Of a stretch of DNA of 64,000 nucleotides, positions 24,420 through 37,559 are shown in pieces. Within the stretch, counting starts at the first letter, position 1, and every line of letters begins with the position of its first letter. The stretch comes from Lama guanicoe. Lineage: Eukaryota. The notes beneath the pieces are model-generated. The model had not been told where the DNA came from. It worked only from the letters and a program-made list of their open reading frames with translations, and searched no databases. The stretch lies in contig MU056216.1 in the NCBI GenBank assembly GCA_013239625.1, positions 16,394,725-16,458,724 of the forward strand, given 5' to 3'. The position numbers and the translations under genes are program-made.

Positions 24420-25600
24420 AAATTCATCATATTAATACATTTAGGAGGAAAACTCATTATTTCTGTAGATGCCAAAAAGGTGTTTGAAAGATCCACCGTC
24501 CATTCCTGATTTTAAAAAACACATAATAAAATAAGAGTAAGTAGATACTTTTCAAACAAACTCACACACACGGAATACTTAATCAGTTTCCACTGAAACT
24601 GGCAAGAAAGTAAAATACTTACCACCATGGCCATTGCTATGTGACACTGGTTTGACAAAATCAGTTACCACACTGAATCAAGAGAAAATAATGAGAAGCG
24701 TGAGACGGTGGAAAGGGAGAGGAGAAGCTGTGTGTGTGCAGATAACGTGATCGTGTATGTTGGAAAGCCAGGAGGGTCAGTAGCATCAGAACGCCTAAGC
24801 AGAGGGCGGGAGTGAAATGGCAGGATATAAAATTAGCAAACAAAACCCAGTACTTTCTATATACCCAATCATGAAACTGATGAATAATTATAAATATTGG
24901 AAGTTTCCGTTTCCAATAACATCAAAAAGATAAAATACTTAAGAATGAACTCAAAAAATATTCCAGGTCTGTAGGATGAAAACATTCCTGAAAAACATAA
25001 AATCAGGCTTGAACAAATGGAAAGACATTTCATATTTCACACTCATAAATAGAATAACTTGGCATTACAAAGACTTCAGTTCTCCCCAAGCTAGTGTATA
25101 AATTCCAGTCCCAATACAGGTGGTTTTTTTTTCTAGCACTAGACTAGTTTATCCGAAAGGTCACATGCAATAAAAAAAAACAAAAACAAAAACAAAAACT
25201 AGAAAACCCCCGAAAAAGAAGAGTGATAGGGAAAATCCCACTGGACCAAAAACCACAAACCTCTTTAATTTAAAACTGTGAGGGCAGTGGGTGTAAATGA
25301 GAACTTTCTACTTCTTATTCAGTTTTGCTGTGACTCTAAAACTGCTCTTGAAAAATAAAGGCTACTGTAAAAGCAGTTGTATGGTATGATGTATGGACAG
25401 ACATATCGGCCAATGGAAGAGAACAGCACGTCCAGAAATAGACAGTAATTATAGAAACTTAGAAAAAGGAGCACCTCAGATCACAGAGGGAAACTGGGAC
25501 GTCTGCACAGCTATTTGGTAAGAGGTAAAACTGGGTTTGTATCTCACACTGTACTCCAAGATAAACTACAAATGGATAAAATCTTATTTTTCTCTTCTTA
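24420..25600 (+). mobile_element. Old L1 ORF2 remnant
   Basis: ctgtagatgccaaaaaggtgtttg, degenerate RT motif gcagataacgtgatcgtgtat, ttgaacaaatggaaagacatt, ggccaatggaagagaacag. Confidence 0.75.
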
Positions 25601-25811
25601 TAGTTTACACTTTTTATTTTAAAGTAACTTGACAATTGTGAAAAACAGTACAAAGAATTTTCATATCTCCTTCACCCAGTTTCCCTAAAGGTTATCATTT
25701 GCTACATGCATTATCATTTAGTCATTTTGTCTCTGAAATATGTGAGAGTAAGTTGCAGACCTATTGTCCCTTTGCCTGTAAATACCTCAGTGTTATGTCC
25801 TGAGAACGAGA

Positions 25812-26158
25812 CTGTCCTCGTCTGTTCAGACTCCTGTAACAGAACACCATAGACTGGGTGGCTTATAAACAGTAAAAATTTATTTCCCACGCTTCTGGAG
25901 GCTGAAGTCCCAAGATCAAGGTGCTGGCGGATGTCTGGTGAGGACCCACTTCAGTTCATAGGTGCCATCTTTTCACTGTATTGTCACATGGTGGAAAGGG
26001 TCAGGAATCTCCCTTCTTCAAGTGCACTAATTTCATCCATGTGAGCCTCACCCTCATGATGTAATCACTCCCCAAAAGCCACGCTTCAAATACTGTCACA
26101 CTGGACGTGAGGCTTTAACAGATGAATTCACGGGGGACACAAGCATTCAGTCTGCAGC
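25812..26158 (-). mobile_element. MLT1A-like LTR
   Basis: tgtaacagaacaccatagactgggtggcttataaacag...ttctggaggctgaagtcccaagatcaaggtgctggc...gggggacacaagcattcagtc. Confidence 0.85.
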
Positions 26159-26609
26159 AAAGAACATTCTCTTATATAATCAGAATACAGTCACCAAGGT
26201 CGGGAAATCAGCACCGATAAAACGCTTCTCTGCGATCTGTAAGCCCTACTCAGACTTCCCCAGTTGTCCCGCTGATCCCGTGCTCTGTGCCGCAGGCCAG
26301 GCCCACACACTGCAGTTAGCTGTCAGGTCTCTGTGGTGTCCTTCGAGCTGGAAGAGTTCCTCAGTCCTGCTTTGCATTTCATGACCATGGCATTTTTGGA
26401 GAGTACAGACTTCTTGTGTAGAATGTCCCTCAAATTAGGTTTGTCTGATGTTTCCTTATGTGTATGTGTTTAGCACAGATACCACAAAAGTAATGCTGTG
26501 TCATTGATTGTACCATGTTAGGGACTGTTTACTTTGGTCACCATTTAAGGTGGTGTCTGCCAAGTTTCTCCATGCTGTAAAGGTGCTTTATAATTAGTAA
26601 GTATTCTGG

Positions 26610-26952
26610 TAGACCCAGACAACCCACAAGGTCCCCCTTTGAGCAAGGACTTGCTCAGTTGTGGCATTTGTGGTCAGCAGACAACTTCCAGCTGTCACCT
26701 CTCTCAGCATGACTCAGCTCACCCAGGTCACACCCTCGCTGGGCAGTGGCATCCAGTGCTAAGTGAGCGGGCGGACTGCTGCAGAGCGCGCCGCCGGTGG
26801 CCAGAGCTGGGGTAGGCCTGCGCCGCAGTGAGGCGTCTGCTTCTGCCCAGCTCTGCTCCCCACCTTCCTTTCTCATAGGTTGATCTCTAGTGAATGTCCT
26901 GCACCCCAAACGCTGTCTCAGCACCTGATTCCAGAGAACCCGACTCAGGACA
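26610..26952 (+). mobile_element. ERVL LTR (LTR16-like) remnant
   Basis: 3' end gaatgtcctgcaccccaaacgctgtctcagcacctgattccagagaacccgactcaggaca resembles the recalled LTR16 terminus. Confidence 0.55.
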
Positions 26953-27389
26953 GGTGTCGTTGGGGGAAAATGCCTTGCGACTCTAAGTCTGCTTGTGAAT
27001 GCCTGCACTTGCTCTTCATCAGCGTCTGCTGAGCGTTCTTGCTGGAACAGTTACTGTGCTGGTTGCCAGATGGTGGTTTCTCTAATTATGTGGTTGTTTT
27101 TTTACATTTAATAGTTAGAATTCTACTGAAAGGAAAAGCTTTCCCTCCCCGTTTATTTATTTATTTATTCGTTCATTCATTTACATCAGCATGTTCTCAT
27201 GGGTTCTTATTTTATGAGTTATAATCTACCATTTATTTTGTTGCTGAAATTGTCCCAGATTTTGCCAGTAGGAGTCCTTTCAGTTTGGCTTCTGTGTCTT
27301 TTTTGACACATCTCCATCATTTGTCCTTCCTTCCTTTGTAGCACCATGATTTTTCAGGTTTATCTAATACTTTTCCTGCCCCCGGAATC

Positions 27390-29280
27390 TAACATTTCAA
27401 AATGGACCAACTCTGAATGTAAAAAATAAAAACATTCAAGTACTAGGAAAAAGCATGGGATGATGATCTTGTAACCAGGGAGTGAGGAAAGCCTGATAGA
27501 AAAAAATGGATGTGACATAAACAGTTCTCAGGAAGAAAAAAGTAAAAATAGTTTATAAACATATAAAAAGATGCTTACCATCGCTTATAAGATAAATACA
27601 AAGCAGAATTACCCTGTAATACCAGAAGGTTGAAAACAATGTTGTAGAGAAACAAACAGCCTCATGCATTGCTGGCAGGAATATAAAAATGGTACAACCC
27701 CTGTAACAGGGATTTGGGGAAAGCGGACAGAGTTGCTTTCAGTCCAATGGTCCCACTGTTAGAAATTTACACTGAAGATAAACTTCCACAAGTAAACAAC
27801 ACATGCATAGGGTTATTCTTTGCTGCACTGTTTCTAACAGCGCAAGACTGGAGACAATCCAGATGGCTATCAATAGAGGCCTGGTTGTGTAACTGGAACA
27901 CCATACAATGGAATACCATGCAGTGCTTTAAAAAGCAGTGGTTATCTCTATGTACTGATGTGTAGTGACTTCTGGTGTCTAAGTGGAAAAAGCAAGGTGT
28001 AGACCAGGATACTAGAAATACTTACTTGCTTATTTTGCTCAAAGAGATAGTGGAAGGATGAAACAGACCCTATGAAAAATGATTACCTGTGGTGAAGGGG
28101 TAAAGGGGAAGAGAGCCAGGCCAGGCCTTTCTGAGTACTTTTTTATATAGTTCTGACTTTTAAATCATTTATATTTGTTACATATGCAAAAAAAAATTAA
28201 AACAAAGGAGGGGGGAGTAAAAAAGCAAACTGTAAAATTTGAAATCATGAAACAAGTGAACTTAATGTTATATGAAGTGGGTACTGTAACTAACCACACA
28301 GGAAAACATGATTTCAAGTGACTTTTGGACATAGCACTCCTTAGTTGGATGTAGTCTAAGCCAAAACAGTAAAACAAAACAAAACAAAAAAACTACAGAG
28401 AAATCTTAAACTAGTATGCAGTTTGTTTCTTTCTTTTTTGTTTTTTTAGTGTGCTGTTTTCAAACTATGTATATTTTAGGATAAACTGAATAAGTAAATA
28501 ATTAGAAACTAAACTTTTCACTGTAAAAGAAAAGAGAAGCAAATGTAGTGCCAAAGAAATTACGAAAAAAACTCTGTAATGCTCCATTTGAATTGGAAAT
28601 ACCAATATGAATATAAATATAAATGTCTAATACTACTTCTGTAACCCAAAGGGCCTAAAAGCAAGGAAACTCAGGTAGCTTTGCGCACGTCTAGTATTCA
28701 GACCTGGTTTCTAAATATCATTAAAAAGAACTAATGCCCCTTGGACAAATGGCTGATGTCGGGTTCGGGGAGGGAAAATATGAAGTGGGCCTGGGACATC
28801 TTGTGCTGCACAGCGTGGCAGCCCTCAGGGATGGCTCAGGAGGCGACAGGCGTCCGTCGGAACAGACGTTAGCCACGTTAAGACGATTTGATCATAAGAC
28901 CTGAGTGTAATTGGTGATGACACATTGAATAAATAAAAGCCACAAGTTTCTGTATTGACATGCGGAAAGAGAAAAACTAAATTTATTTGCTAACAATGGA
29001 AGTGAATGTTACCTCATTCTGAAAATGGATAATTAAAAGACAGTAATTATATTTTTGTACTGCCTTCTTAGAGTGACTGTAGTTCATCTCCAGTGAAGGA
29101 AAGCTTTTTACATAAGAATGCCAGCTAAAAAGTATGGAAATAAATAATAGGTGGTTTTTCATGGTGATTTTCTAATTCTACAAAATAGTTGATTCAGGTA
29201 AGGCTTATCAGTGGATGCTAAACCCAGTGGGTGAACAGTTCGGGGGTAAGAAGATACTCACATACTCTTAAAAGGGGTAA
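27390..29280 (+). mobile_element. Old L1 3' region (L1MC/ME-type) remnants
   Basis: acatataaaaagatgcttacc, cattgctggcaggaatataaaaatggtacaacc, ttttatatagttctgactttt, ttggacaaatggctgat. Confidence 0.65.
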
Positions 29281-31309
29281 TAATTCCATACCAGTGTCAG
29301 GAGTGTAATGAAAAGGGAATTATAAGTGCTGTGGGAAGATACGCTAAGGAAATTGACGTAACCCACTCCTGTGGTCAGGAAAGCCCTCTGTGAAGAAGTG
29401 GTTCTGGGCATTCTTAGTCGGTCTAACTTTGTTTTTGGCGTGGAACAGTTTTGTTTCCTGTAATTGCATGGTGTCTTAGTGGGAAGTTGGAAGAGACTGC
29501 CACCAGAAACTGTTGGCTGGATGCAATTTTAAATCTGAACTCTGCTCTGACAAGTATCACACAGTTTGTTATCCACTTTTGATTTTTACCAGTATTATTA
29601 TTAAAAATGGTGTTGTTGTGTAGTTTTACTTTGGATTTATCTTATGAATGAGGTTGACCATCTTTTTTGAGATGTTTGTATTTCCTCTTCTGTGGAAAAG
29701 TGGGTTGTTTAAAAAAAAACTTGTATTGATTTGTAGGTACTCTTTAAATATTAGAGAAATTAGTTCTTAAGTCTACGGTAAGAATTGTGAATATTTTTTT
29801 CCTAGTTTCTTGTTATTCTTCATTGGCTTGTAGTGATTTTTTTCCAAGCATTTGTTTTTACTTTTACTTGTATGCTTCTATGTTTTGTGTCATACTCTGA
29901 GAGACTGATTGTGCTCCAAAGTTTTAAAATGTCTCTTGTTTCATCTAGTACATGTATGGTTTTGTTTTTCTTTTTGCATTAAAATCTTTGACACATTAGG
30001 AATTCACCCTGGCCTGTGTTGACTCTCAGTGGTGTCTTTCTTCCCACGTGGCTCCCCATCTGCTCCAGCCCTACTCGTGGGCTCTGTCCACAGTAATTCG
30101 AACCCCACGTTTGTCATAAACTGAATTCCGTATGGACTTGGGTCCGTTTTGGAGCTTTCTGTCCTGTTCCGTTGATCTGTTTATTCATGAGCCAGTACAG
30201 CTGTCTTAATAATTGGGGAATTAGTTTTTCCCTCTCCCCCGCTTTGGAGAATTTATAGTGTTTTTTAAATACTATGCCTTCATATTTGGCCTGACCCATG
30301 CACCTCGTTATTCTTCTCTTTCATAATTTTCCTGCCTCATCAAGCAAGTTTATCTTTCCACAAATGAACTTTGGCATCTGGTTAAAAAATAACAGTATTT
30401 TTATAGAGATGACACTAAATTTGTAAGATTAACCTAGGAAGAATTGCCATTTTAATGATGACTCTTCTATATGAAAGTAAAAGCATTTCCATTTGTTCAT
30501 ATTTTTATCGATGTCCCTCAGAAACATTAAAATGTTTCTTTTTGCATAGATCTTGCACAGTTCTTAACAGTTATTCCTAGGAACATTATCTTTTTAGGTG
30601 GCTTTGTGAATGAAACTTTCTTTTATTATAACTTCCACATAGTGATTACATGTATTTTCTTAAGCTGCTGATTTCTGTATATCAGTTTTTTACACTACCA
30701 CCTCTCATTTAGAATAGTTTTTCAGTTGGTTTTCATTGACTGTGAAGGAATATAGTCATATAATCTACAAATAGTGATACATATGTCTTCTTTTCAATTT
30801 TTATACAATTAATTTTTTTCTCTTTTGTAATTGGGTGGCTGTTGTAGTGCTTCCCAATCATTTCATACCATGGTACATATTGAAAATTGTATTTTTAGTG
30901 TACACTAGCATAAAGGAGAAATGCTTTGCGAGTCCAGAGGGGACCAGCCCAGGATTTAATTACCCCAGATCCTGCCTGAACGACCTAAGATGGGTTGAAA
31001 AACAGCCCTACACTTCTCTAAAACAATTAAAAAAAAAAAAAAGAATGATCATGAACCTGCTTATCTTGTTACTGACTTTAGTCAGAATGTCTGTAATGTT
31101 TTCTCATTAAATTATGTTGGTTTTGGTTTGACAATTGAGGTAGATATATTTTAATTTATTATGGAAGTATCCAGGTACTCCTACTTTATCAAGATATTTT
31201 AGTTAGAAATGGTTATTGAGTTAGTAAGCATTGCGGCTGTATGCCATACTTTGGAGCTAAAACACTGAATAAGATGAGAGACACTGCAGGAAAGAGTACA
31301 AGTCCAAGT

Positions 31310-31475
31310 AGACTTGAAATCAAATCTGGTCTACACTGCATGCACTAGCTCTGTGACCTCAGGCAAGTCATTTAGTTATTTTGGGTCTTAATTTATTTAT
31401 CTGTAAAATGGAACTAATGGTAACTTGGAGGGTTGTTATTGTTCTAAGACGTGATTGCACACTTAGGCAGTCCAG
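31310..31475. mobile_element. MIR remnant
   Basis: ctagctctgtgacctcaggcaagtcatttag...atctgtaaaatggaactaat. Confidence 0.7.
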
Positions 31476-31508
31476 CAGGTAAGACAACCCTATCAACAAG
31501 TAATTGCA

Positions 31509-31650
31509 GGGGGGAGAGGGTATAGCTTGGTGGTAGATCCTGTGATCAGCATGCGTGAGGTCCTGAGTTCAATCCCCAGTACCTCCATTAAATAAATAAA
31601 TAAATAAACAAACCTAATCCCCCCGCAAAAAAAAAAACAAAACAAAAAAC
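31509..31650 (+). mobile_element. Vic-1-like tRNA-derived SINE with A-rich tail and TSD
   Basis: gggagagggtatagcttggtggtag...gcatgcgtgaggtcctgagttcaatccccagtacctccattaaataaataaa...cctaatcccc. TSD caagtaattgca 31497-31508 and caagtagttgta 31651-31662. Confidence 0.9.
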
Positions 31651-32651
31651 CAAGTAGTTGTAAAAGGTGAGGTGGTATGGTGGAGCTGGAAGAGTGAGCT
31701 GTGGTGATACAGAGGAGGGTGATAAAGAGGCAAGTAGGAAGGCTCTACTCAGGAGGTGGTGTGCAGCCTGGGCCTTGGAAGGTGCACAGGGGAGGCACAC
31801 AACGTATGAGGAGCTGCCTGGTGTGTTCAGGGAACTGCAGTTTTCCAGGGTACGGAGACCGTGGGTAGGGACAAGTCACAGAAGAGGCTAGAGTGGCGGG
31901 CAGGTGGTGGATCGCAGAAGGCCTGTTGTGTTGGCCCCTCTGGAGGTTTTGGACTTCTTCCTGTAAGTGACTGGGAGGTGTTGAAGAGTATTCGGTACCC
32001 ACATTTGCTGGTGGTGAGGGCGTTAAACTGATAGTAGAGTGGCTGTAAGCTGTCTCATTTGAGAAGGGCCTGATACGAGGCAGTGGGAGAAACTGAGAGG
32101 AAGTGACAGGTTTGAAGAGACTTAGGCATGGAGTCAGCAGGACCCAGAGGCCGTTGGGCTGTCCAGAGAGGAGTAAATAACAATTCCCAGGGGTTCAGAC
32201 CAGGAAGGAGAAGCGCTTTGAAAATCACAGGGATGACTTCCTCTGCTTTTTCCATAGGAAAATAATTTGTCTTGAGTGTGGCTTTCACAGAAAGTTTGGC
32301 GAGGGACCTCACAGACTGTTTGCGACTGACTTAGAAGAGAGTTCCATTCATTCTGCAGGTGGCATTAAAACAGCTGAAGAAAACATCACAGCTAGAACCT
32401 CATTGCTACACTTAAAATTAACAAAGGCCTGAAAAAAAAAACAGTAATGTGATTGCAGGGTTAATGATAAAGAAGAATTTGAGTTTTAGTGTTTCCAGGA
32501 TTTTTTGAGTTTGCAGTTCTGAATTTGTGCTTGTGTTTACATTTTAAAACTAAGTTTTATTTTTATGAAGATGATATTAAGATGAAGAGTCAACCTTAAA
32601 GTTTATATACAGATCTTTAAAGTATATTTACTATTTTTTCTTCTGTTCTAG

Positions 32652-32678
32652 TTACACTCTCTGGGAATGGAGAAAACG
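32652..32678 (+). CDS. ZDHHC20: ZDHHC20 exon 2, 27-nt microexon (FTLSGNGENG)
   Basis: Acceptor tttttcttctgttctag and donor GTAAGG at 32679. Phase 1 to 1. Corresponds to recalled human FTIFGNEENG. Confidence 0.9.
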
Positions 32679-33740
32679 GTAAGGCACTTTGAGTCTCAAT
32701 TTAAGTAGACTAATTAAGATATTTTCATCGCAACCTGTATACTTTCTGTTTAGTAATGACTGCATGTGTTTTTTGATTTCAGAAAGAAAATACGTATTCT
32801 TGAAGTTTAAGTAATTAAAAGGAGATGCATTATTGGGTTTTATTTCTGTATATTCAGTATATTCTCATTTGTGTTATTTCTATAATTGAAGTTGCTGTTA
32901 TTTTGTAAGGCATTTAGTACCCAAACTTCCTTGATATTTTTATATACATATTTCTGCCATGTAATCTGCTCTTTATAGTAGTAGTTGAAAGATTTTTTAA
33001 TATCAGCTCTAGCTTGGTTTTGAGGAGGAGGTCTGAATTTTATTGACGATTCTCTTGTTTATGCATTTATTAAAACAATACTTTACTACTCAGACATTTA
33101 ATTAAATAACCAGACTCTGAACTTGTAAATTGTATTACTGGTTCATTTTGAAAAGGAATTAAAGTTTTTATAATGACTAATCAAAGAGACAGTGTCTAGA
33201 GTGAAGAATCATTGCTCAGAATTTTCCTGAGATAAAAGAAAACGTTAAGTTCTTTGAGATCAAATTTTAAAAATAAAATTTGATTTGGAATATGAAAATC
33301 TAGAGATTTCTAAAACAGTTGAACAGTTAGAAATTATGAATAAATATTCTGACTATTGGAAATAAATATAGACATTAAGCATGTAAATTTCAAGCTGACT
33401 TTGGATCTAATTTCTCATTAACACAATAAATATAGACTCATCTTGGTAGGCTTGTTTTTCTTCTTTAATGTCTAAACTGTCTCCTATATGTTGAGAGCAG
33501 AGATACAGAAAACAATTTCTGCAGTTCTTATAAGAGAATTTTAAACTTGGATTATTATTTCCTGTGACTGTTCTTCCCATGTTTTTTGAAGAGTCTTTTG
33601 GTGAAGTCTTTTGTTTGCTCATTTGTTTCTTTTTTAATTCAGTTACAGGCGATTTTTTTTCATTCTTTTTTTTTTTAATTGAAGTATAGTTAGTTTACAA
33701 TGTTATGTCATTTTTAAAAAGTATTTATTTATTTAAGCTG

Positions 33741-33868
33741 TTTTTGTTTTGGGGGGGTAATTAGGTTTATTTTAACTTTTTTTTTTTAATGGCGGTACTG
33801 GGGACTGAACCTAGGACATCGTTGCATGCTACGCATACACCCTACCACTGAGCTACACCCTTCCCCCC
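33741..33868 (-). mobile_element. Vic-1-like SINE
   Basis: gggggggtaattaggtttatt...gtactggggactgaacctaggac...gcatgctacgcatacaccctaccactgagctacaccc. TSD agttacaggcgattttt 33641-33657 and agtgacaggtgattttt 33870-33886. Confidence 0.88.
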
Positions 33869-36628
33869 GAGTGACAGGTGATTTTTGAATCAGCCTTTTT
33901 TATTTATAGGTCCAGATTTTTTTCAGCTTTGATTGAATTTGCTCAGTTATGGTTTTACTGTAAGTATTACTTCTAACCAACAGTTTATAGCATGTCATGT
34001 GTGATTATTAGCAATCACACTAATTTGGACTTACTGGAAAACAGTATTTCCTGTTACTCTTTACATTGTAAGTTGATAATTATCTGTCAAGTCCTCACTA
34101 TATATTGCAGGCAATATACTAAGAGACTTTTCTTTCTTTAACTAAAGGTTAAAGTTTTTTAAGGCAAAAACCATTTTGTTTTTGTATGGTGAGCAGAAAT
34201 ATTCTAAAAATACATTAAATGTTAAAAAATATTTTAAGAGTTTATTGTTTTATATTCTAGCCTTAGTTATAAGTAACTAAATGATTAGGAAGTTTAAAGT
34301 AACCTCAAGGTTGCCATTTATCTCAAAACTGTACAGTGATATGTAGATGAGAATTGACGAACTTGATGGAATATGGGAGCCAGGCAGCGTAAGTGAAGTG
34401 AGCCAGGTAACACTGCAGGTAACACTGCAGGCTTGATAAGTGGCCTTCGTGTTGGTATAAACACAGGAAACTGAGCTCTAGTGTGTTTTTCCAAAGGAAG
34501 GACAAATGAAGGAATGAATCTGAATCCATTGGTTAGACCACGGGTTCAACCTGGAGGGAGCTGAAATGATTCAGGGAAATCAGAATTTTCAGTGAGGATG
34601 GCAGTCGATTTTGGTGAAAGTGAAAATGGAAAGTAGGTGTGGTTAGCACTTTATTTGGCATCAGATGTTATCTTTGAAGTAGGATGTGACCACCAAGATG
34701 ATCATTAAAAGAGTGGAGGGAAATAATTTTAGGTATGACATAGTGAAAAGGACTTTGGATTTTTATCAAGCAGATACGGGTTTGAATTTTGGCTTTTTAT
34801 CATTTAGTAATTCGGCCACACTGGGCAATATATTAAAGCTCTCTGAGCCTTCATTTTTACATTTGTAAACTGAAAGAATAGCTATGAGATGATTGTGAGG
34901 GTTAGAAATAAGGTATACGTTTCAAGTCTTCTAGCAGGTCTTCAGTAGGTGGAAGTAGTGATTTGAGTTGCTGTTGTTAAGTGTGGTTACTAGGAAGTTC
35001 CAGAGTTTTAGAATGCATCCATTAGTCATGTAGATGGAGCTCTTTCCCAAGAATGTCACCGCCAAGGGGAGGAGGACACTGAGCAACACATTATACACGG
35101 GCCTTTGGGATGGATTGGAAGCAAGAAAGACTGGAGGCAAACACACCAGTTGGCTTTTGCAATAACCAAATAAGACAAGTAACAACTGTGAACCATTGCA
35201 CTAGCAGCAAGAAGAATGAGGAGGCTTTACTTTGAAAGAGATTTTGGTAGCTCGAAGTTGAAGTCTGTACCTTCTGCTGATTAGCAGTGTGATGGAGGAG
35301 CCATTGAGCCCTGGCCTCCTGCGTCGGTCACCTGTGTGTGACTCAGGGTTCTGTTCTGTTAGACCAGGCGTGGACCAGTATAATTGCAAAAGAAAATGCT
35401 GGGGTCCAACAAGTTATCGATTTTTACTGTTATTTAAGAACTTTTTTTTAAAACCAGAAACATAAGGGAAAATAACCTCAGACCAAAGGAAGGTTAGTAC
35501 ATCAGACTGCATACATGTTTTATAAAAACTACATTGACTTAATGTTTCTTATTTCATTCAGACCAGTGAAAATTCTTATCCGTCCGTAAACTTAGGTTAA
35601 CACTGAAACAGGGAGTCCACAAAAAGAACCAAATTTCAAGAAGAAGAAATTAATGTGCTTGATGGCAGTAATAGCAGCCAGCATTTGTTGAGGGTTTTCT
35701 GTGTGCCAGACACTGTTCTAAGTGTTTGCATTTGTTAGCTTATCAACATTAAGTAGCTGACTTTAATGAAAGCACATTAAGTGCTTTCATTGAAGTCTGA
35801 GCAAATTATTTGGGGAGTACAGTATGAAGGGGTAATGAATTCTTTGTGGAAAAAAGAATATTTGATCTGAGCTTTAAAAATCAGTGGAATCTCAGAAGCT
35901 CCTGTACTTGTCTGTGCTTTGTTTCTTCAGTGCATTTGTGGTGCTGCATTCCAAGCTGAAGAAGACTTTAATCACTTGGTAGATAGTCCTTGCTTCTCAG
36001 TGGAAACCAGTCCCAGTTCTTACAGACAGAAAAACCACAGAACATAGCAGGCTTTCAGTTATATAGTGAGTTAATATTTGGAGATACAGGTGTTGGAATG
36101 TTACACTAATCCACTTAGGAAACAGTTACAACAGAAATTCAAAGTAGCTAAAATTTTTTCATTACCCTGTATTGAAAAGGACAGTGAAATTTAGGATACC
36201 TTTTCTGAACAATCCAAGAATTGAGTTATTTATTTTCATGTTTAGTTCCTTGGATGTAATGTTCATAGTGATGGAATCTGTCTTAAATAATGTTTAAATC
36301 ATTTAAAATCTAACTTTTGGGACGTGGTTTTGAAGGAGGTGTTTGAACCTAAATCTGCAGCAACTTAATAAAATCAAATCTCATCTCAGACTACAGTTGT
36401 TAATTATAAACCAGGAGGGTAACCCTTAAATGCAGGAGTAGACTGTTTCTTCATATCTGTGATGTTATGTCATGGAGATAAAGGAGTGTATAGCTGAGTT
36501 TTTGAGTATGTTTTAATTAAATTTTTTATTGCATTAATAAGCCTCCTGACCCTGAATATTGTGTTTTAATATGTAATGCTTTTTCCTGTTTTCACCTGGA
36601 TTCAATGAAATGTTGTTTGTTTTTATTT

Positions 36629-36776
36629 NNNNNNNNNNNNNNNNNNNNNNNNNNNNNNNNNNNNNNNNNNNNNNNNNNNNNNNNNNNNNNNNNNNNNNNN
36701 NNNNNNNNNNNNNNNNNNNNNNNNNNNNNNNNNNNNNNNNNNNNNNNNNNNNNNNNNNNNNNNNNNNNNNNNNNNN
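36629..36776 (+). other. ZDHHC20: N-gap, probable location of ZDHHC20 exon 3 (TM2)
   Basis: Directly preceded by a T-rich acceptor-like tract (tgttgtttgtttttattt). It is the only gap between exon 2 (ends phase 1) and exon 4 (starts phase 0). The expected peptide GKTVVYLVAFHLFFVMFVWSYW... was not seen elsewhere. Confidence 0.75.
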
Positions 36777-37559
36777 ATTATGGAATTATTTTCCCTGTGT
36801 TATCTTTGTTAAAACTTTATTGCATAATGCATCTGTTTGTTTCTGTTCATGAATTTCTTGGCAGCTGCATTGTGAATGTGAGTCATCAGCCTGTTCTCGG
36901 GTACAGCCCCTGACCTAGTGCAGTAAAAGCTCCACGGTGGTGCTAAGGCTTGGCTGCACTGCTACTTTTCTGCCATGCTACATTGTCTTAAAGACGTACT
37001 TTATCACTGCAGTGAAAAATCTTAAGGGACGGAATTGAGTTAGGAAGGCAGAGTTTCTTTTTAGAAACCCTCTTAACGTTTATATTTCCTCAGGCCTGAG
37101 CAGATACACTGCAGCTGAAGTGTTTTGATTGTGGGAAACAAATTGGACTGTTGCTGTGTCACCTAGTCTGGCTGGTGTTTTTTCCGACTGAGGGTCCCAC
37201 TTGGGAGTATGTCGCTCTTGCCTTGTTGCAGCCGACCTGCAGTTTGCTGTGGCCAGATGGTTGAGGCCGTACTCCAGGGCCAGGGTCACCTGAGCTTGCT
37301 GTTCTGCTCTGACACATGTGAATCACAGCCTCCGTTTGCTGTTTGGGAACGAGCTGGCAGGAGTGCCCTTCTCTGTAGGGTGTCGTGAGGATTAAGCGAG
37401 GTTCATGCAAAGCCTTTTAATGTACGACCCGGCATGTGGTTGGCGTTCAGATGCTGGATGACAATAATAATATGATTATTTCCTTTCCTATTAAATTCAT
37501 CAAAATCCATTGAAAGTCATAGGCATATGTTTAAAAATTATCAACTTCCCTTCAACTTC

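Noticed and set aside
33990-34435. Short palindromes (gtgtgatt...aatcacac, tatattgcaggcaatata) and a 12-bp tandem (caggtaacactg)x2
   Set aside because: Short enough to arise by chance or slippage in AT-rich intron, with no supporting context.
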